A stretch of DNA of 64,000 nt, from positions 1-64,000 of the forward strand of contig JBNKOC010000027.1 in the NCBI GenBank assembly GCA_050294405.1. Reading direction: 5' to 3'. The notes under the pieces are model-generated. The model saw only the letters and a program-made list of their open reading frames with translations. It was not told the DNA's origin and did not search any database. Source of the DNA: Fibrobacteria bacterium (lineage in GTDB: Bacteria; Fibrobacterota; Fibrobacteria; UBA11236; JADFYW01). This document shows, one piece after another, positions 37,334-46,752 of the stretch. A program made the position numbers and the translations under genes. The first letter of the stretch is position 1. Every line of letters starts with the position of its first letter.

Positions 37334-39574
37334 CTATTCCAGTTCTAGGTCTTCCAAATCCTGTTGAGATGGACCACGCTGTTCGTCTTTCGTGTCCATA
37401 ATATTCTGAACAGTTGCCTTGGTGTATTTGGCATCCTGAACGACGCGTTCCCGGTTTTTAACAAAGCGTTCATTCAATTCAACTTGATGCAAAAATTCTA
37501 CATACTGCTCAATATCTGTTTGAACAGCTTCAAACTCAGGTCTAAGTTCGTCTCTTTTTTGTAAAACACGAGCGGAAGGAATTTGATCGGACAGGGAAAG
37601 CGCTCTATCCTGTACTGATTCAAATTTCGCTCTGGTGTCTTGATTCTTGGATTTTCTGTCCTGCTTTTCGCTTTCAGAGATTACTTGAGCATTTGATTTT
37701 TCGATGGCCTTATCAAAAGATTCCAATGCTTTTTTATAATCCTTCTCAAAGTAATAGCAGTAACCTCTTAATAACAAAGCTTCGCCAGCCAGCAAGCTAT
37801 TGGGATTAGAAGACAATAGCTCTTCCACAGCTTGCGCAGTTTTATCAAACTTTTGAGCTTTCAGGAAAGACCAGGCCAATCCCAATAAAGCTTCATCGTA
37901 TTTGGAAGAAGTGGGAGAAACAGAGTTATAATATTTCGCGGCTTCCAGCAATCTGGGAGGTTCTGCATCAAAAGCAAAGTGGCCCAATTTCACTGAAGCA
38001 ATATCCTGAAGCTCTTGTTCAGAAATATTAGATGGAGATACTTCTGTAATGTCTTTCAAGCAAGCAACAGCCTCTTCATTTTTCTTTTGCTTGAAGTAGC
38101 ACATGGAAAGTGTATAACGAGCATACACATAGTTCGCATTACCGGGTAAAATGGGTTTTAACAAGCGAATAGCGCCAGAGTAGTCGTCTTGCATAAATAG
38201 AATTTGCCCCATAACGTAATCCGCATCAGGTTTAATGTCGGACTCTTTATATAGGTTATTAATAAGCTGATATTTTTCAGCGGCCTCTTTGAAACGACGT
38301 TCTTTATAGTCGATGTTCATCAACTGGAATATGTACCTGGGCTTGGCATCAGACATGGAGTAGTCTTTAATAGCCCTGTTGTAAACTGTTTTAGCTGCTT
38401 TGTGCATTCTTAAGTTTTCAAAGGATTTTCCTTTATAGTAAGCGGCCAAATCTACCAGATGGAAAGCAGGGTATTTGGTGATTACCTTACCAAACGCATA
38501 AGAGGCTAACAAAAATTTTCTGGCAAGGTAAAGACGCATAGCTTCTCTGTAAGCATCTTCCGGTTCCAATTTAAGTCTGCGGTATCTGGCAGCCCCAATT
38601 CTCTCTTCACGAGTGGGACCAACGCGAGTTACAGCTTTTAGGTTCCAAGCAATACCACGGCTTCTGTCCTGAGTGGAAAGTCTATCGTGAGAAAGGTCTA
38701 AATCAAATTGCAGATAACGGAAAAGGTTCACTCTTTTTACACGTACAGTACCACCAACAACGGGATAACCCTGTTTGCTGTATTTAAATTTAATTCCCAA
38801 CATTGGGGCAATAAAATAAGTCATGCGACCGCTGTACAAAGGGAGAATTTCCGCTGGAGCTTCTACTGTTCCATTTGATTTAGTGAGATTCACCAAGCTT
38901 GCAGAGCCTGCCAACTCCAGAGATTGATTAAAAAGCCTCCAAAAACCGGAGATGTTAGCATTCATGGGAACATCGTATTCACCGTTTCCGTCGGACAATT
39001 TAACTTTTGGTTGTAAAACGTTCTGGACAGCAAGGCCGAATTGCAAATGCCCCCAACGAGAGTTAGATACTGGGTTCCAGGATAATCCAAGATCAGCGCC
39101 AAAACTAAAGAATTTTTGGATTTCAAAAAGGCTGAATTGGATCATAGAAACATTAAGACCAACGGAAAGATTATGAGCGAAAGGCCCAGTTGAAGGACCC
39201 ATTCTGTAGGCATAACCCAGCTGGTATGCATTTTCGATGTAGGCTGGAGGAGTATAACCTTGCTCTTCGTCTTCGTCCAAAGCCGCGCCGTTTTCAAAAA
39301 AGGTGAATCCAACGGAGTGGTTGTAATCGAAAGGATGGACAATTGCCAAGAACTCCTGACCGGCATTTCCGCTTAGGGTACTAAAAATACCGCCGGAAAT
39401 TTCAATTTGATCATTCTCTGCAATAGACGCAGGGTTTACATATTGAGCAGTGTTTTCCCCAAAATCCAAAAACCAGTCATTTTGCTGGTATTGGTGCGGG
39501 GTATAATCCTGAGCAAAGGCTCCCGTTAAGAGAAGGGAGACTATAAATACAGAACTAAGTATGCAGTGTTTCAA
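37334..39574 (-). CDS. PorV/PorP-like outer-membrane barrel fused to a C-terminal TPR/coiled-coil region
   Basis: AQYVNPASIA, FGADLGL and FGLAVQNVLQP motifs in the first ~320 aa; TPRs afterwards. Confidence 0.72.
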   Translation of the reverse strand: MKHCILSSVFIVSLLLTGAFAQDYTPHQYQQNDWFLDFGENTAQYVNPASIAENDQIEISGGIFSTLSGNAGQEFLAIVHPFDYNHSVGFTFFENGAALDEDEEQGYTPPAYIENAYQLGYAYRMGPSTGPFAHNLSVGLNVSMIQFSLFEIQKFFSFGADLGLSWNPVSNSRWGHLQFGLAVQNVLQPKVKLSDGNGEYDVPMNANISGFWRLFNQSLELAGSASLVNLTKSNGTVEAPAEILPLYSGRMTYFIAPMLGIKFKYSKQGYPVVGGTVRVKRVNLFRYLQFDLDLSHDRLSTQDRSRGIAWNLKAVTRVGPTREERIGAARYRRLKLEPEDAYREAMRLYLARKFLLASYAFGKVITKYPAFHLVDLAAYYKGKSFENLRMHKAAKTVYNRAIKDYSMSDAKPRYIFQLMNIDYKERRFKEAAEKYQLINNLYKESDIKPDADYVMGQILFMQDDYSGAIRLLKPILPGNANYVYARYTLSMCYFKQKKNEEAVACLKDITEVSPSNISEQELQDIASVKLGHFAFDAEPPRLLEAAKYYNSVSPTSSKYDEALLGLAWSFLKAQKFDKTAQAVEELLSSNPNSLLAGEALLLRGYCYYFEKDYKKALESFDKAIEKSNAQVISESEKQDRKSKNQDTRAKFESVQDRALSLSDQIPSARVLQKRDELRPEFEAVQTDIEQYVEFLHQVELNERFVKNRERVVQDAKYTKATVQNIMDTKDEQRGPSQQDLEDLELE

Positions 39575-39582
39575 GGAGCCTC

Positions 39583-41076
39583 CTATTTAATTCTATAAAA
39601 TTCAATACGACGATTAGTGGCACGGCCTTCAGCAGTTTTGTTGCTGGCCTTTGGTCTTTTGCTTCCGTAACCTTTGGCTACCAAGCGACCTGCACTGATT
39701 CCGCGATTAATCAAATAATTTCTAACAGTGCTAGCCCGGTCGTGAGATAATTTGGTATTGATTTTATCTGATCCCTGGCTATCTGTGTGTCCTGCAATTT
39801 CAAAGCGGGTATTGGGAAACTGTTCCAACATATCATATACATTGTCCAGTGCATCGTAAGATTCATCCAGAAGTTCGGCGCTACCAGTTCTGAAATTTAC
39901 ACCATCAAGAGTGAATTGTTCTTCCACTTTAGTTGGTTTTTTATCTGGGCAACCGTCGGTATCTTTAAATTTGTTGAAGGTTTCAGCTCTGTCCGGACAT
40001 TTGTCCTGAGCATCGGCGATACCGTCTTTGTCGTTGTCTTCATCTGGGCAACCATCATCGTCTTCGAAGTTATCTTTATCTTCAGGAATGCTGGGACAGG
40101 CATCGTTCGCATCGGCAATTCCATCGCCATCATTGTCAAAGTCAGGACAGCCATCAGCATCTTCAAAACCATCCACATCTTCTGCGATGTAAGGGCAAGT
40201 ATCTTTTGAATCGGCAACGCCATCGCCGTCTGTATCTTCATCAACGCTAACGGTAACATCTTTTGCTAAAAGCCCCATATCTACGCGGCCGTAGCCTTTT
40301 TTACGAAGTGGGGATTTGGAGGCGATAAAGAAATTGGGCTCTGACAAACTGGGATTAATCAACATAGGGTTTTCGGAAACATTAGTCCGGTTGATTTTGG
40401 CGTAACGATTAAAAGGAATCACATTTTTGTAAATATTGTTGTAGGTGATTTGAGATTGTCCTGAAGCTGGATCAGAGTAAATGCCGTACTCGTGGTTTCC
40501 CTGAATAATATTGTTTCGGATTACCACACGACAGGGACCTTTTAAAGTGATACCGGAATAGCCGTTTCTCATGATTACATTGTGATCAATACGGGTATCC
40601 AGGGATTTTGCACCCCAGGCCAAAATACCAGACCAACGGTTACCATAAATCACGTTATTATATATAGTAGGCAGCGCAATGAAAGCTCCGATTCCGGCAC
40701 CATGGTTATCAATAATCCAGTTGTGGTGGATATTGGCTGTGGCATTTTCGCACAAAATACCGTCAATACCATTGGTGATAGTGAAATAGGCAATTTCAGA
40801 TCCGGTCACGGCGAATACCGCTGGCTGACGACGACGGCCATCAATAATGGTATTGTGCACGTTGTCTGGACCGGTGCCTGTTAAAACTACACCGTGAACA
40901 AGAGTAATGTTCTCCTTATAGCGGCCCGGTGAAACCAATACGGTATCCCCAAACTCGGCCATTTCCAGTGCGTCACTGATGGTAGGCTTATCAGCCGGAA
41001 CCCTCAGAGTCTTAGCAAAAGAAAGCTGAAGCGCTAAAGTGGATACAGAGAACAAGAAAAGTACTATTTTTTGCAT
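39583..41076 (-). CDS. OmpA-family protein: beta-helix + thrombospondin type-3 repeats + OmpA-like peptidoglycan-binding domain
   Basis: VPADKPTISDAL..GDTVLVSPGRY; DxDGDGxxDxxDxCP repeats (~39945-40240); GHTDSQG..LSHDRA..NRRIEF. Confidence 0.88.
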   Translation of the reverse strand: MQKIVLFLFSVSTLALQLSFAKTLRVPADKPTISDALEMAEFGDTVLVSPGRYKENITLVHGVVLTGTGPDNVHNTIIDGRRRQPAVFAVTGSEIAYFTITNGIDGILCENATANIHHNWIIDNHGAGIGAFIALPTIYNNVIYGNRWSGILAWGAKSLDTRIDHNVIMRNGYSGITLKGPCRVVIRNNIIQGNHEYGIYSDPASGQSQITYNNIYKNVIPFNRYAKINRTNVSENPMLINPSLSEPNFFIASKSPLRKKGYGRVDMGLLAKDVTVSVDEDTDGDGVADSKDTCPYIAEDVDGFEDADGCPDFDNDGDGIADANDACPSIPEDKDNFEDDDGCPDEDNDKDGIADAQDKCPDRAETFNKFKDTDGCPDKKPTKVEEQFTLDGVNFRTGSAELLDESYDALDNVYDMLEQFPNTRFEIAGHTDSQGSDKINTKLSHDRASTVRNYLINRGISAGRLVAKGYGSKRPKASNKTAEGRATNRRIEFYRIK

Positions 41077-41364
41077 ATTCTTTCCATTGCTAAAACAGTG
41101 AAACTGTTGTATAAAACAATTTGTAGAAATTTATAAAAATTCTCCCACCCCGAGAGAAGTTTCCTCAACAACTTACCTCGAAGATAGGCATCCGTCAATT
41201 TGTTTTTTCTGTTTTTATGGTGATAAATCCCCATTTTTTATCCAGTGACAAAAAATGACTTTAAAAAACGTGGAATAACAAACTCCTTTTGCCTCTCAAT
41301 GATGCATAAATTAGTTTTAAAAGCAAAACAAGGGGTTCAAACAGAATCAAATTGAGCCCAAAAA

Positions 41365-42948
41365 ATGATTTTCCAGGAGTCCCATTTGAAGTTATTGGTT
41401 AGCCTAAGCCTTTTTGCCTTCTTTTTTTTGAACTGCACAAAAGAGCAGGGCGAAAAATCCGGAAGAGTTTTAAAAATCTGTAACGATGCAGAACCCCAAA
41501 GCATCGATCCCCATAAATGTACCGGCCATCCAGGAATTAGAATTATCGGGGGGCTTTTCGAAGGCTTGGTCATTCGCGATTTAGAAAAAGGCTCTGTGCG
41601 ACCGGGCCTTGCCAAAAGCTGGGATATTTCAGAAGATGGAACACACTATACATTTCATTTGCGCCAAAGCAAATGGTCTAATGGAAGCCCCTTAACAGCG
41701 AGCGACTTTGTATCTTCCTGGCAACGGTTTCTTAACCCCAAAACCGGGGCCGAATACGCTTCACTATTAAATATTGTAAAAAATGGATCCAAAGTTATTA
41801 ACGGAATCTATCCTCCTGATTCTCTGGGGGTAAGTGCGCCCAACGACTCTACCTTTGAAGTTCAGTTGGTATCTCCCATCGGATATTTTTTACAACTTTG
41901 CGCTTTTGAGCCCCTCTTTCCCGTTCCGGTATCTGTAATAAATGAAGCCCAGGAAAAATGGACTTCCGCTCAAAACATCATTGGTAACGGGCCTTACATA
42001 TTAAAAGAATGGGTTCCCAATAAAATAATGCAATTGGAAAAAAACCCTAACTATTGGGATGCCGCCAGTGTAAAACAAGAAAGGGTTGAGGTTAAACCCA
42101 TTGAGGATCAGGAAACAGCTTACAAGATGTTTCTAAGCGGAGAACTGGATTGGATATTCAGCATCCCTTTAAGCAAAATGGAAGTGGTTAAAAAGAATCC
42201 CAAGTTTATAAATTTCACCCAGTACGGGGTCTATTACTATTCTTTAAATGTTACGGACCCTGTCCTCAAAAATAAAGATCTCCGCAAGGCGCTTAGTTAT
42301 TCCATTAACCGGCAAAAAATAGTGGAGCTGGTCACCAAAGGAAATGAAATGCCAGCTTCGGGCTTTGTGCCTGTAATTAATAACATCCCTTATGCAGGGG
42401 TGGACTTAAAACTATACTCCCCCCAAAAGGCCAGGGAGTATTTGAAAAAAGCGGGCTTTGGTCCGGGTAAAAAACCTCCTACCCTGGAAATCCTTTATAA
42501 CAATAGCGAGTCCCATAAAAAAATCGCAGAGGTGATCTCACAGATGTGGAAAGAAGAATTGGGAATTGAAGTAGCCCTTAAAAATTACGAGTGGAAAATA
42601 TATTTGCAATCCACAAAAAACCTGGAGCACCAGGTGGCTAGAGCCAGTTGGTTTGCAGATTATCCAGACCCCTATAGTTTTTTGGAACTGGGTGTGAGCC
42701 ACAACGGCAACAACCGCAGCGGCTACAAGAGCCCTAACTACGATGCCTGTTTAGACGGGAGCCAGAAAATATTAGATTCGGAAGCCAGAATGGCAAAGTT
42801 AGCGGAATGTGAAAGCATTCTGATGGAGGACATGCCGGTTATACCTATATATTATTACTCCGGAAAAGAGTTAAGGCATCCGGGAATTAAAGGGGCTATT
42901 CCCAACCCCATGGGTATGTATAGCTGGAAAGATGTTTACATTGAGTAA
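41365..42948 (+). CDS. oppA: Oligopeptide ABC transporter substrate-binding lipoprotein
   Basis: Lipobox; EPQSIDP, LFEGL, WSNGSPLTASDF, NGPY, WFADYPDP. Confidence 0.9.
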   Translation: MIFQESHLKLLVSLSLFAFFFLNCTKEQGEKSGRVLKICNDAEPQSIDPHKCTGHPGIRIIGGLFEGLVIRDLEKGSVRPGLAKSWDISEDGTHYTFHLRQSKWSNGSPLTASDFVSSWQRFLNPKTGAEYASLLNIVKNGSKVINGIYPPDSLGVSAPNDSTFEVQLVSPIGYFLQLCAFEPLFPVPVSVINEAQEKWTSAQNIIGNGPYILKEWVPNKIMQLEKNPNYWDAASVKQERVEVKPIEDQETAYKMFLSGELDWIFSIPLSKMEVVKKNPKFINFTQYGVYYYSLNVTDPVLKNKDLRKALSYSINRQKIVELVTKGNEMPASGFVPVINNIPYAGVDLKLYSPQKAREYLKKAGFGPGKKPPTLEILYNNSESHKKIAEVISQMWKEELGIEVALKNYEWKIYLQSTKNLEHQVARASWFADYPDPYSFLELGVSHNGNNRSGYKSPNYDACLDGSQKILDSEARMAKLAECESILMEDMPVIPIYYYSGKELRHPGIKGAIPNPMGMYSWKDVYIE

Positions 42949-42957
42949 TTTGGAGCC

Positions 42958-43860
42958 ATGTTTCTAACCATATTAAAACGCTCCGTCATAAACATCATAA
43001 CCTTGCTGATAATTATATCAGTATCTTACCAGGTTATGAAGTGGGCTCCAGGAAACCCTTTCGAAGGGGAACGCAGCCTGGAACCTGCGGTTTTAGAAGC
43101 CCTTAAAGAAAAATATCAATTTACCCTAAGCGAATATCTAACGGGCATTATTTTAAGAGGAGATTTCCGGTACTCTTACCAACATCGGGATTTGAAAGTC
43201 ACTGAAATCTTATCCGGCGCAATTGGTTATTCCATGGAGTTGGGTTTTTGGGCTATTGTTGTGGCCGCCTTTTTTGGAATTTTATGGGGAACGGCTTCCA
43301 CCATATTCCGGGGACAGTGGTTGGAAAGTTTTATAATGCTGTTCGCCATGGTTGGCATCGCTATTCCCAACTTTGTGGTGGGCCCTTTGCTACAGCTTAT
43401 TTTTTCTCTCAAGCTCAACGTTACACCCGTGGCCGGTTGGGAAGGCTTTTCTTCCAAAGTATTGCCTATTATAACCCTAAGCCTTATGTATATAGCATAC
43501 ATTGCCAGAATTTGCCGGGGTTCCATGCTGGAAACCATAACCAAGGATTTTGTTTTAACCGCTAAAGCCAAGGGGCTTTCCACCCGGCAAATAATGCTGC
43601 GCCATGTATTTAGAAATTCCCTGATTCCCATCGTAAATTTTTTAGGGCCTGCCACCGCCGCCCTGTTAACAGGCACCCTGGTGGTGGAAAAGATTTTTAA
43701 CATTCCAGGAATGGGCCGCTACTTTGTGGAATCAGCCCTGCAACGGGATTACCCGGTTGCCCTAGGCGTTTTAATTATTTACTCCGCAATTTTACTCTTT
43801 TTTAATTTGCTTACCGATGTATTGCAAACCTTTATCGATCCCAGAATTAAACTCCATTAA
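42958..43860 (+). CDS. oppB: Oligopeptide ABC transporter permease
   Basis: APGNPF, TAKAKGL, EKIFNIPGMG, RDYP, DPRI. Confidence 0.9.
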   Translation: MFLTILKRSVINIITLLIIISVSYQVMKWAPGNPFEGERSLEPAVLEALKEKYQFTLSEYLTGIILRGDFRYSYQHRDLKVTEILSGAIGYSMELGFWAIVVAAFFGILWGTASTIFRGQWLESFIMLFAMVGIAIPNFVVGPLLQLIFSLKLNVTPVAGWEGFSSKVLPIITLSLMYIAYIARICRGSMLETITKDFVLTAKAKGLSTRQIMLRHVFRNSLIPIVNFLGPATAALLTGTLVVEKIFNIPGMGRYFVESALQRDYPVALGVLIIYSAILLFFNLLTDVLQTFIDPRIKLH

Positions 43861-43862
43861 TA

Positions 43863-44711
43863 ATGACAGTAGCCAGCAGAAAAAAAACCACTTTGGGCCA
43901 ACTTAAAAGAGACAAACGCATTGTTATCGCCTCTTTTATTTTGGGAATAATTGTGATTACCTGTATTTTGGGACCAATTTTTCTGGATTACGAAAAACAG
44001 GTTCTGGAAAACCAATTACAAGCCCCTTCTTTGGCGCATCCCTTCGGCACCGATGATTTGGGCCGGGATATTTTCGCCAGAATTTTAAAAGGAGGCCAAC
44101 TCTCCATTGCCGTGGGGGTAGTAGCTACCTTGGTAAGCATTTTAATTGGCACACTTTACGGCTGCACGGCAGGATATTTTGGAAACAAAGTTGATTTGTA
44201 CATGATGCGCGTGGTGGATATTCTCTATTGTCTGCCCTATATGTTTTTGGTTATCATCCTCATGACCTTTTTGGGCAGCAATATTTACGTGCTGTTTTTG
44301 GCGCTTGGATTGGTGCAATGGCTAACCGTTGCCCGAATTGTGCGAGGCCAGGTTTTATCCCTAAAAAATGAAGGGTTTATTATGGCTGCCCGCTCTTTGG
44401 GGGCCAATGGCTTTACCATTATTATCCGCCATTTGCTTCCCAATGTTTTGGGAATAGTAGTTGTTTACGCGACCTTGACCGTGCCTTCCATTATTTTACA
44501 AGAAAGCTTCTTAAGCTTTTTAGGCTTAAATGTCCACCCCTGTACCTGGGGAGTTTTGATTGCCGAAGGGAAAGACTATATGGATGTGGCCTGGTGGATG
44601 ATCTTTTTCCCAGGCGCAGCCATAACTACCTGCTTGCTCAGTTTAAACTTCCTTGGCGATGGACTTCGCGATAGCTTGGATAAAAAACTTAGCGAATCGC
44701 TAGATTCTTAA
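43863..44711 (+). CDS. oppC: Oligopeptide ABC transporter permease
   Basis: HPFGTDDLGRD, RHLLPN, ESFLSFLG, GDGLRD. Confidence 0.9.
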   Translation: MTVASRKKTTLGQLKRDKRIVIASFILGIIVITCILGPIFLDYEKQVLENQLQAPSLAHPFGTDDLGRDIFARILKGGQLSIAVGVVATLVSILIGTLYGCTAGYFGNKVDLYMMRVVDILYCLPYMFLVIILMTFLGSNIYVLFLALGLVQWLTVARIVRGQVLSLKNEGFIMAARSLGANGFTIIIRHLLPNVLGIVVVYATLTVPSIILQESFLSFLGLNVHPCTWGVLIAEGKDYMDVAWWMIFFPGAAITTCLLSLNFLGDGLRDSLDKKLSESLDS

Positions 44712-44726
44712 AAAATTTAAGCAAAC

Positions 44727-44759
44727 AAAAAAGCCAGAACTTTTTGTTTTGGCTTTTTT
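44727..44759. terminator. Bidirectional terminator
   Basis: aaaaaagcca..tggctttttt stem between convergent genes. Confidence 0.65.
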
Positions 44760-44798
44760 AACCCAACCCTAAAAGGGTTGGCCAATACTTTTCAGGGG

Positions 44799-44972
44799 TT
44801 AATCTGTTTTCTTGGTTTCTTGGATACCAACACGCATTTCCTGACAAATTCTTTTAATATTTTGAAGGACTTTTCTTGCGCGTGTACCTGCAGACTTATT
44901 GCCCCGTTCGAACTTGGCATATTCGTCTTTTAAAACCAAGATTTCATCTTCTAGAGCCTGAATGCTGCTCAT
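44799..44972 (-). CDS. Small histone H1-like (Hc1-type) protein, 57 aa
   Basis: ATG at 44972 with AGGAGG; KFERGNKSAGTRARK motif. Confidence 0.8.
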   Translation of the reverse strand: MSSIQALEDEILVLKDEYAKFERGNKSAGTRARKVLQNIKRICQEMRVGIQETKKTD

Positions 44973-45089
44973 AAACTCCTCCTGAAAAGTTGATATGATG
45001 GCCTTTATTGGAACTATCCCCAACAAAGAATAACATTCAAATTGCAAAATTATTCAACGAAAGTCAATTTTTAAATAAAAAATCCCATT

Positions 45090-45938
45090 TTAGGGTACCA
45101 AGGCATCCATTTGGGAAGCTTTTTCCACCCATTCTTCTGCGATATTTTTGTCAAAACATCCCAAAAAACCCAAATAACCCCAACGATTTGTACGTAGTAA
45201 AAGGGGTTCTCCATACTCAGTTTCCCCCCAAAATTGCTTAAAATCACCAAATTCTGATTTTTGGAAAATTCGAAAGCCATTTTTAAGCTCTTCAAACTGT
45301 TTTTGTGCATCCCAGGAAAAAGATCGGAACAAAACACCTGTTTTTCCGTAACATTTAAAGCTCGCCCCTACTGTTTCCCCCAATTTTTCCCTTCCTAAAA
45401 ACCAGCGTGGAACTACAAATTCCGAATTTTCCACTCTTCCAGATAGTGGGAAACTGAAAAAAATGGCTGGTTTTAAATAATCCTCTTTCACCCAAGGCAA
45501 AAAATCTTCCCATTCTGGAAGCGTCCAGACGCCTTCATCTTCCTTTTTAAACAGACACAAAAATTTATCGCTATGAGAAATCACCCAATTGTTGCTCAAG
45601 TAATAATTTTTGGAAGCCAGGGTAAAGGGTTCGAAGCGCTTGTAAAAGCCATAGGCTAAATACTCCTGAGGGAAAGATATCACCCAGGCCCAAACAGAGT
45701 CCCTATTGTTGTTTAAATAAGATAACCGGTATGCTTTTTCTGGCCGGTATTCGACAAGGCTACGGTTTTTGAGCGGCCCCAGGGAATCCAAAGATTCGGG
45801 CTCAATTTCCACCCAGTTGAGAAGCTTTACATCGAGTTTTTCAAACCTGGGGAAAAAGGAGTTCTCCTTAGGTTTTTTGCACTGGAGGCAAAAAAAAGAC
45901 AGCAATAGGGTTAAAAGGATTTTTTGGAGGGCCAACAT
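45090..45938 (-). CDS. Hypothetical lipoprotein
   Basis: ATG at 45938 gives a signal peptide ending CLQ-C (ORF track start is 45986). Confidence 0.6.
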   Translation of the reverse strand: MLALQKILLTLLLSFFCLQCKKPKENSFFPRFEKLDVKLLNWVEIEPESLDSLGPLKNRSLVEYRPEKAYRLSYLNNNRDSVWAWVISFPQEYLAYGFYKRFEPFTLASKNYYLSNNWVISHSDKFLCLFKKEDEGVWTLPEWEDFLPWVKEDYLKPAIFFSFPLSGRVENSEFVVPRWFLGREKLGETVGASFKCYGKTGVLFRSFSWDAQKQFEELKNGFRIFQKSEFGDFKQFWGETEYGEPLLLRTNRWGYLGFLGCFDKNIAEEWVEKASQMDALVP

Positions 45939-46747
45939 TTTTGATTTAACACGCAACTGCTGCAATCTCCCGGAACGTTTTGGCATGCATATACATTTCT
46001 ATCCACTCGCTTTTTAAATATGGAAAATGGAATATAGGCACGCCAGCTTTGAGTGGGAAAAATTTTTCGAAGCAGCTGGTTATAAGCCTCCCACTCTTCT
46101 TCCGGGTTGTCGTAATTTTGGTAAAAGGCAGGGGGTTTTAAAGTTCGCAAAAGCCTTTTGGCTTCGGGAGGCAAAGGCAGAGTTCCATCTTTTTCCCAGG
46201 CATAATCCAGCAAATGGGGAAATTGCTCCAACACTGCAATCAGAAACATTCGGACCTTGGGTTTTTGCAAACTGTTTTTACCCATGTAAAAAATTTTACC
46301 TGAAATTTCTTCCAGGATGGGCTCCAAAGACTCCGCCTGGGAAAGCCAGGTTTTTAGCGAAGAGTGGAGCAAATAAAAATCACAAACGCTTCGAATTATA
46401 CCCGGCACCTGACGCGACACATCGGATTTCCATTTCTGGGAGTTTATGTTGGCACAAAGCTCTTCATAGGGAATGTTATTGAGTTTAAAAATTTTTTCCC
46501 CATATACATTCCACAAGTTTTGAATTTCCTGCTCTAAATCGCTGGCATAAACACCCTGGTTTAAAGCCTGGTAGAAAAGAGCCAACTTTAACACTCTTTC
46601 CGGAGAATTTTCTTCCAGCCAGGATTTAAAGTCAGAGGGAAATTGGGGCTGAGTTAAAAATTTTCCAAAAGGAGATTTTACATGGTGAAGCCCCCGGCAA
46701 TACTCTCTTAGCAATTCCAGTGTTTTGTCCTTGGACAGAATAGACAT
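45911..46747 (-). CDS. Hypothetical protein with C-terminal endonuclease III-like Cys cluster
   Basis: CQNVPGDCSSCVLNQKC = C-x6-C-x2-C-x5-C; helical body; 5 nt downstream of psd. Confidence 0.6.
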   Translation of the reverse strand: MSILSKDKTLELLREYCRGLHHVKSPFGKFLTQPQFPSDFKSWLEENSPERVLKLALFYQALNQGVYASDLEQEIQNLWNVYGEKIFKLNNIPYEELCANINSQKWKSDVSRQVPGIIRSVCDFYLLHSSLKTWLSQAESLEPILEEISGKIFYMGKNSLQKPKVRMFLIAVLEQFPHLLDYAWEKDGTLPLPPEAKRLLRTLKPPAFYQNYDNPEEEWEAYNQLLRKIFPTQSWRAYIPFSIFKKRVDRNVYACQNVPGDCSSCVLNQKCWPSKKSF

Positions 46748-46752
46748 AAAAA

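Noticed and set aside
39787..40259. Alternative-frame ORFs over the TSP3 repeats
   Set aside because: By-products of the Asp-rich repeat codons. The same applies to the many antisense ORFs inside well-supported genes (e.g. 27553..27918, 43227..43703, 61124..61627).
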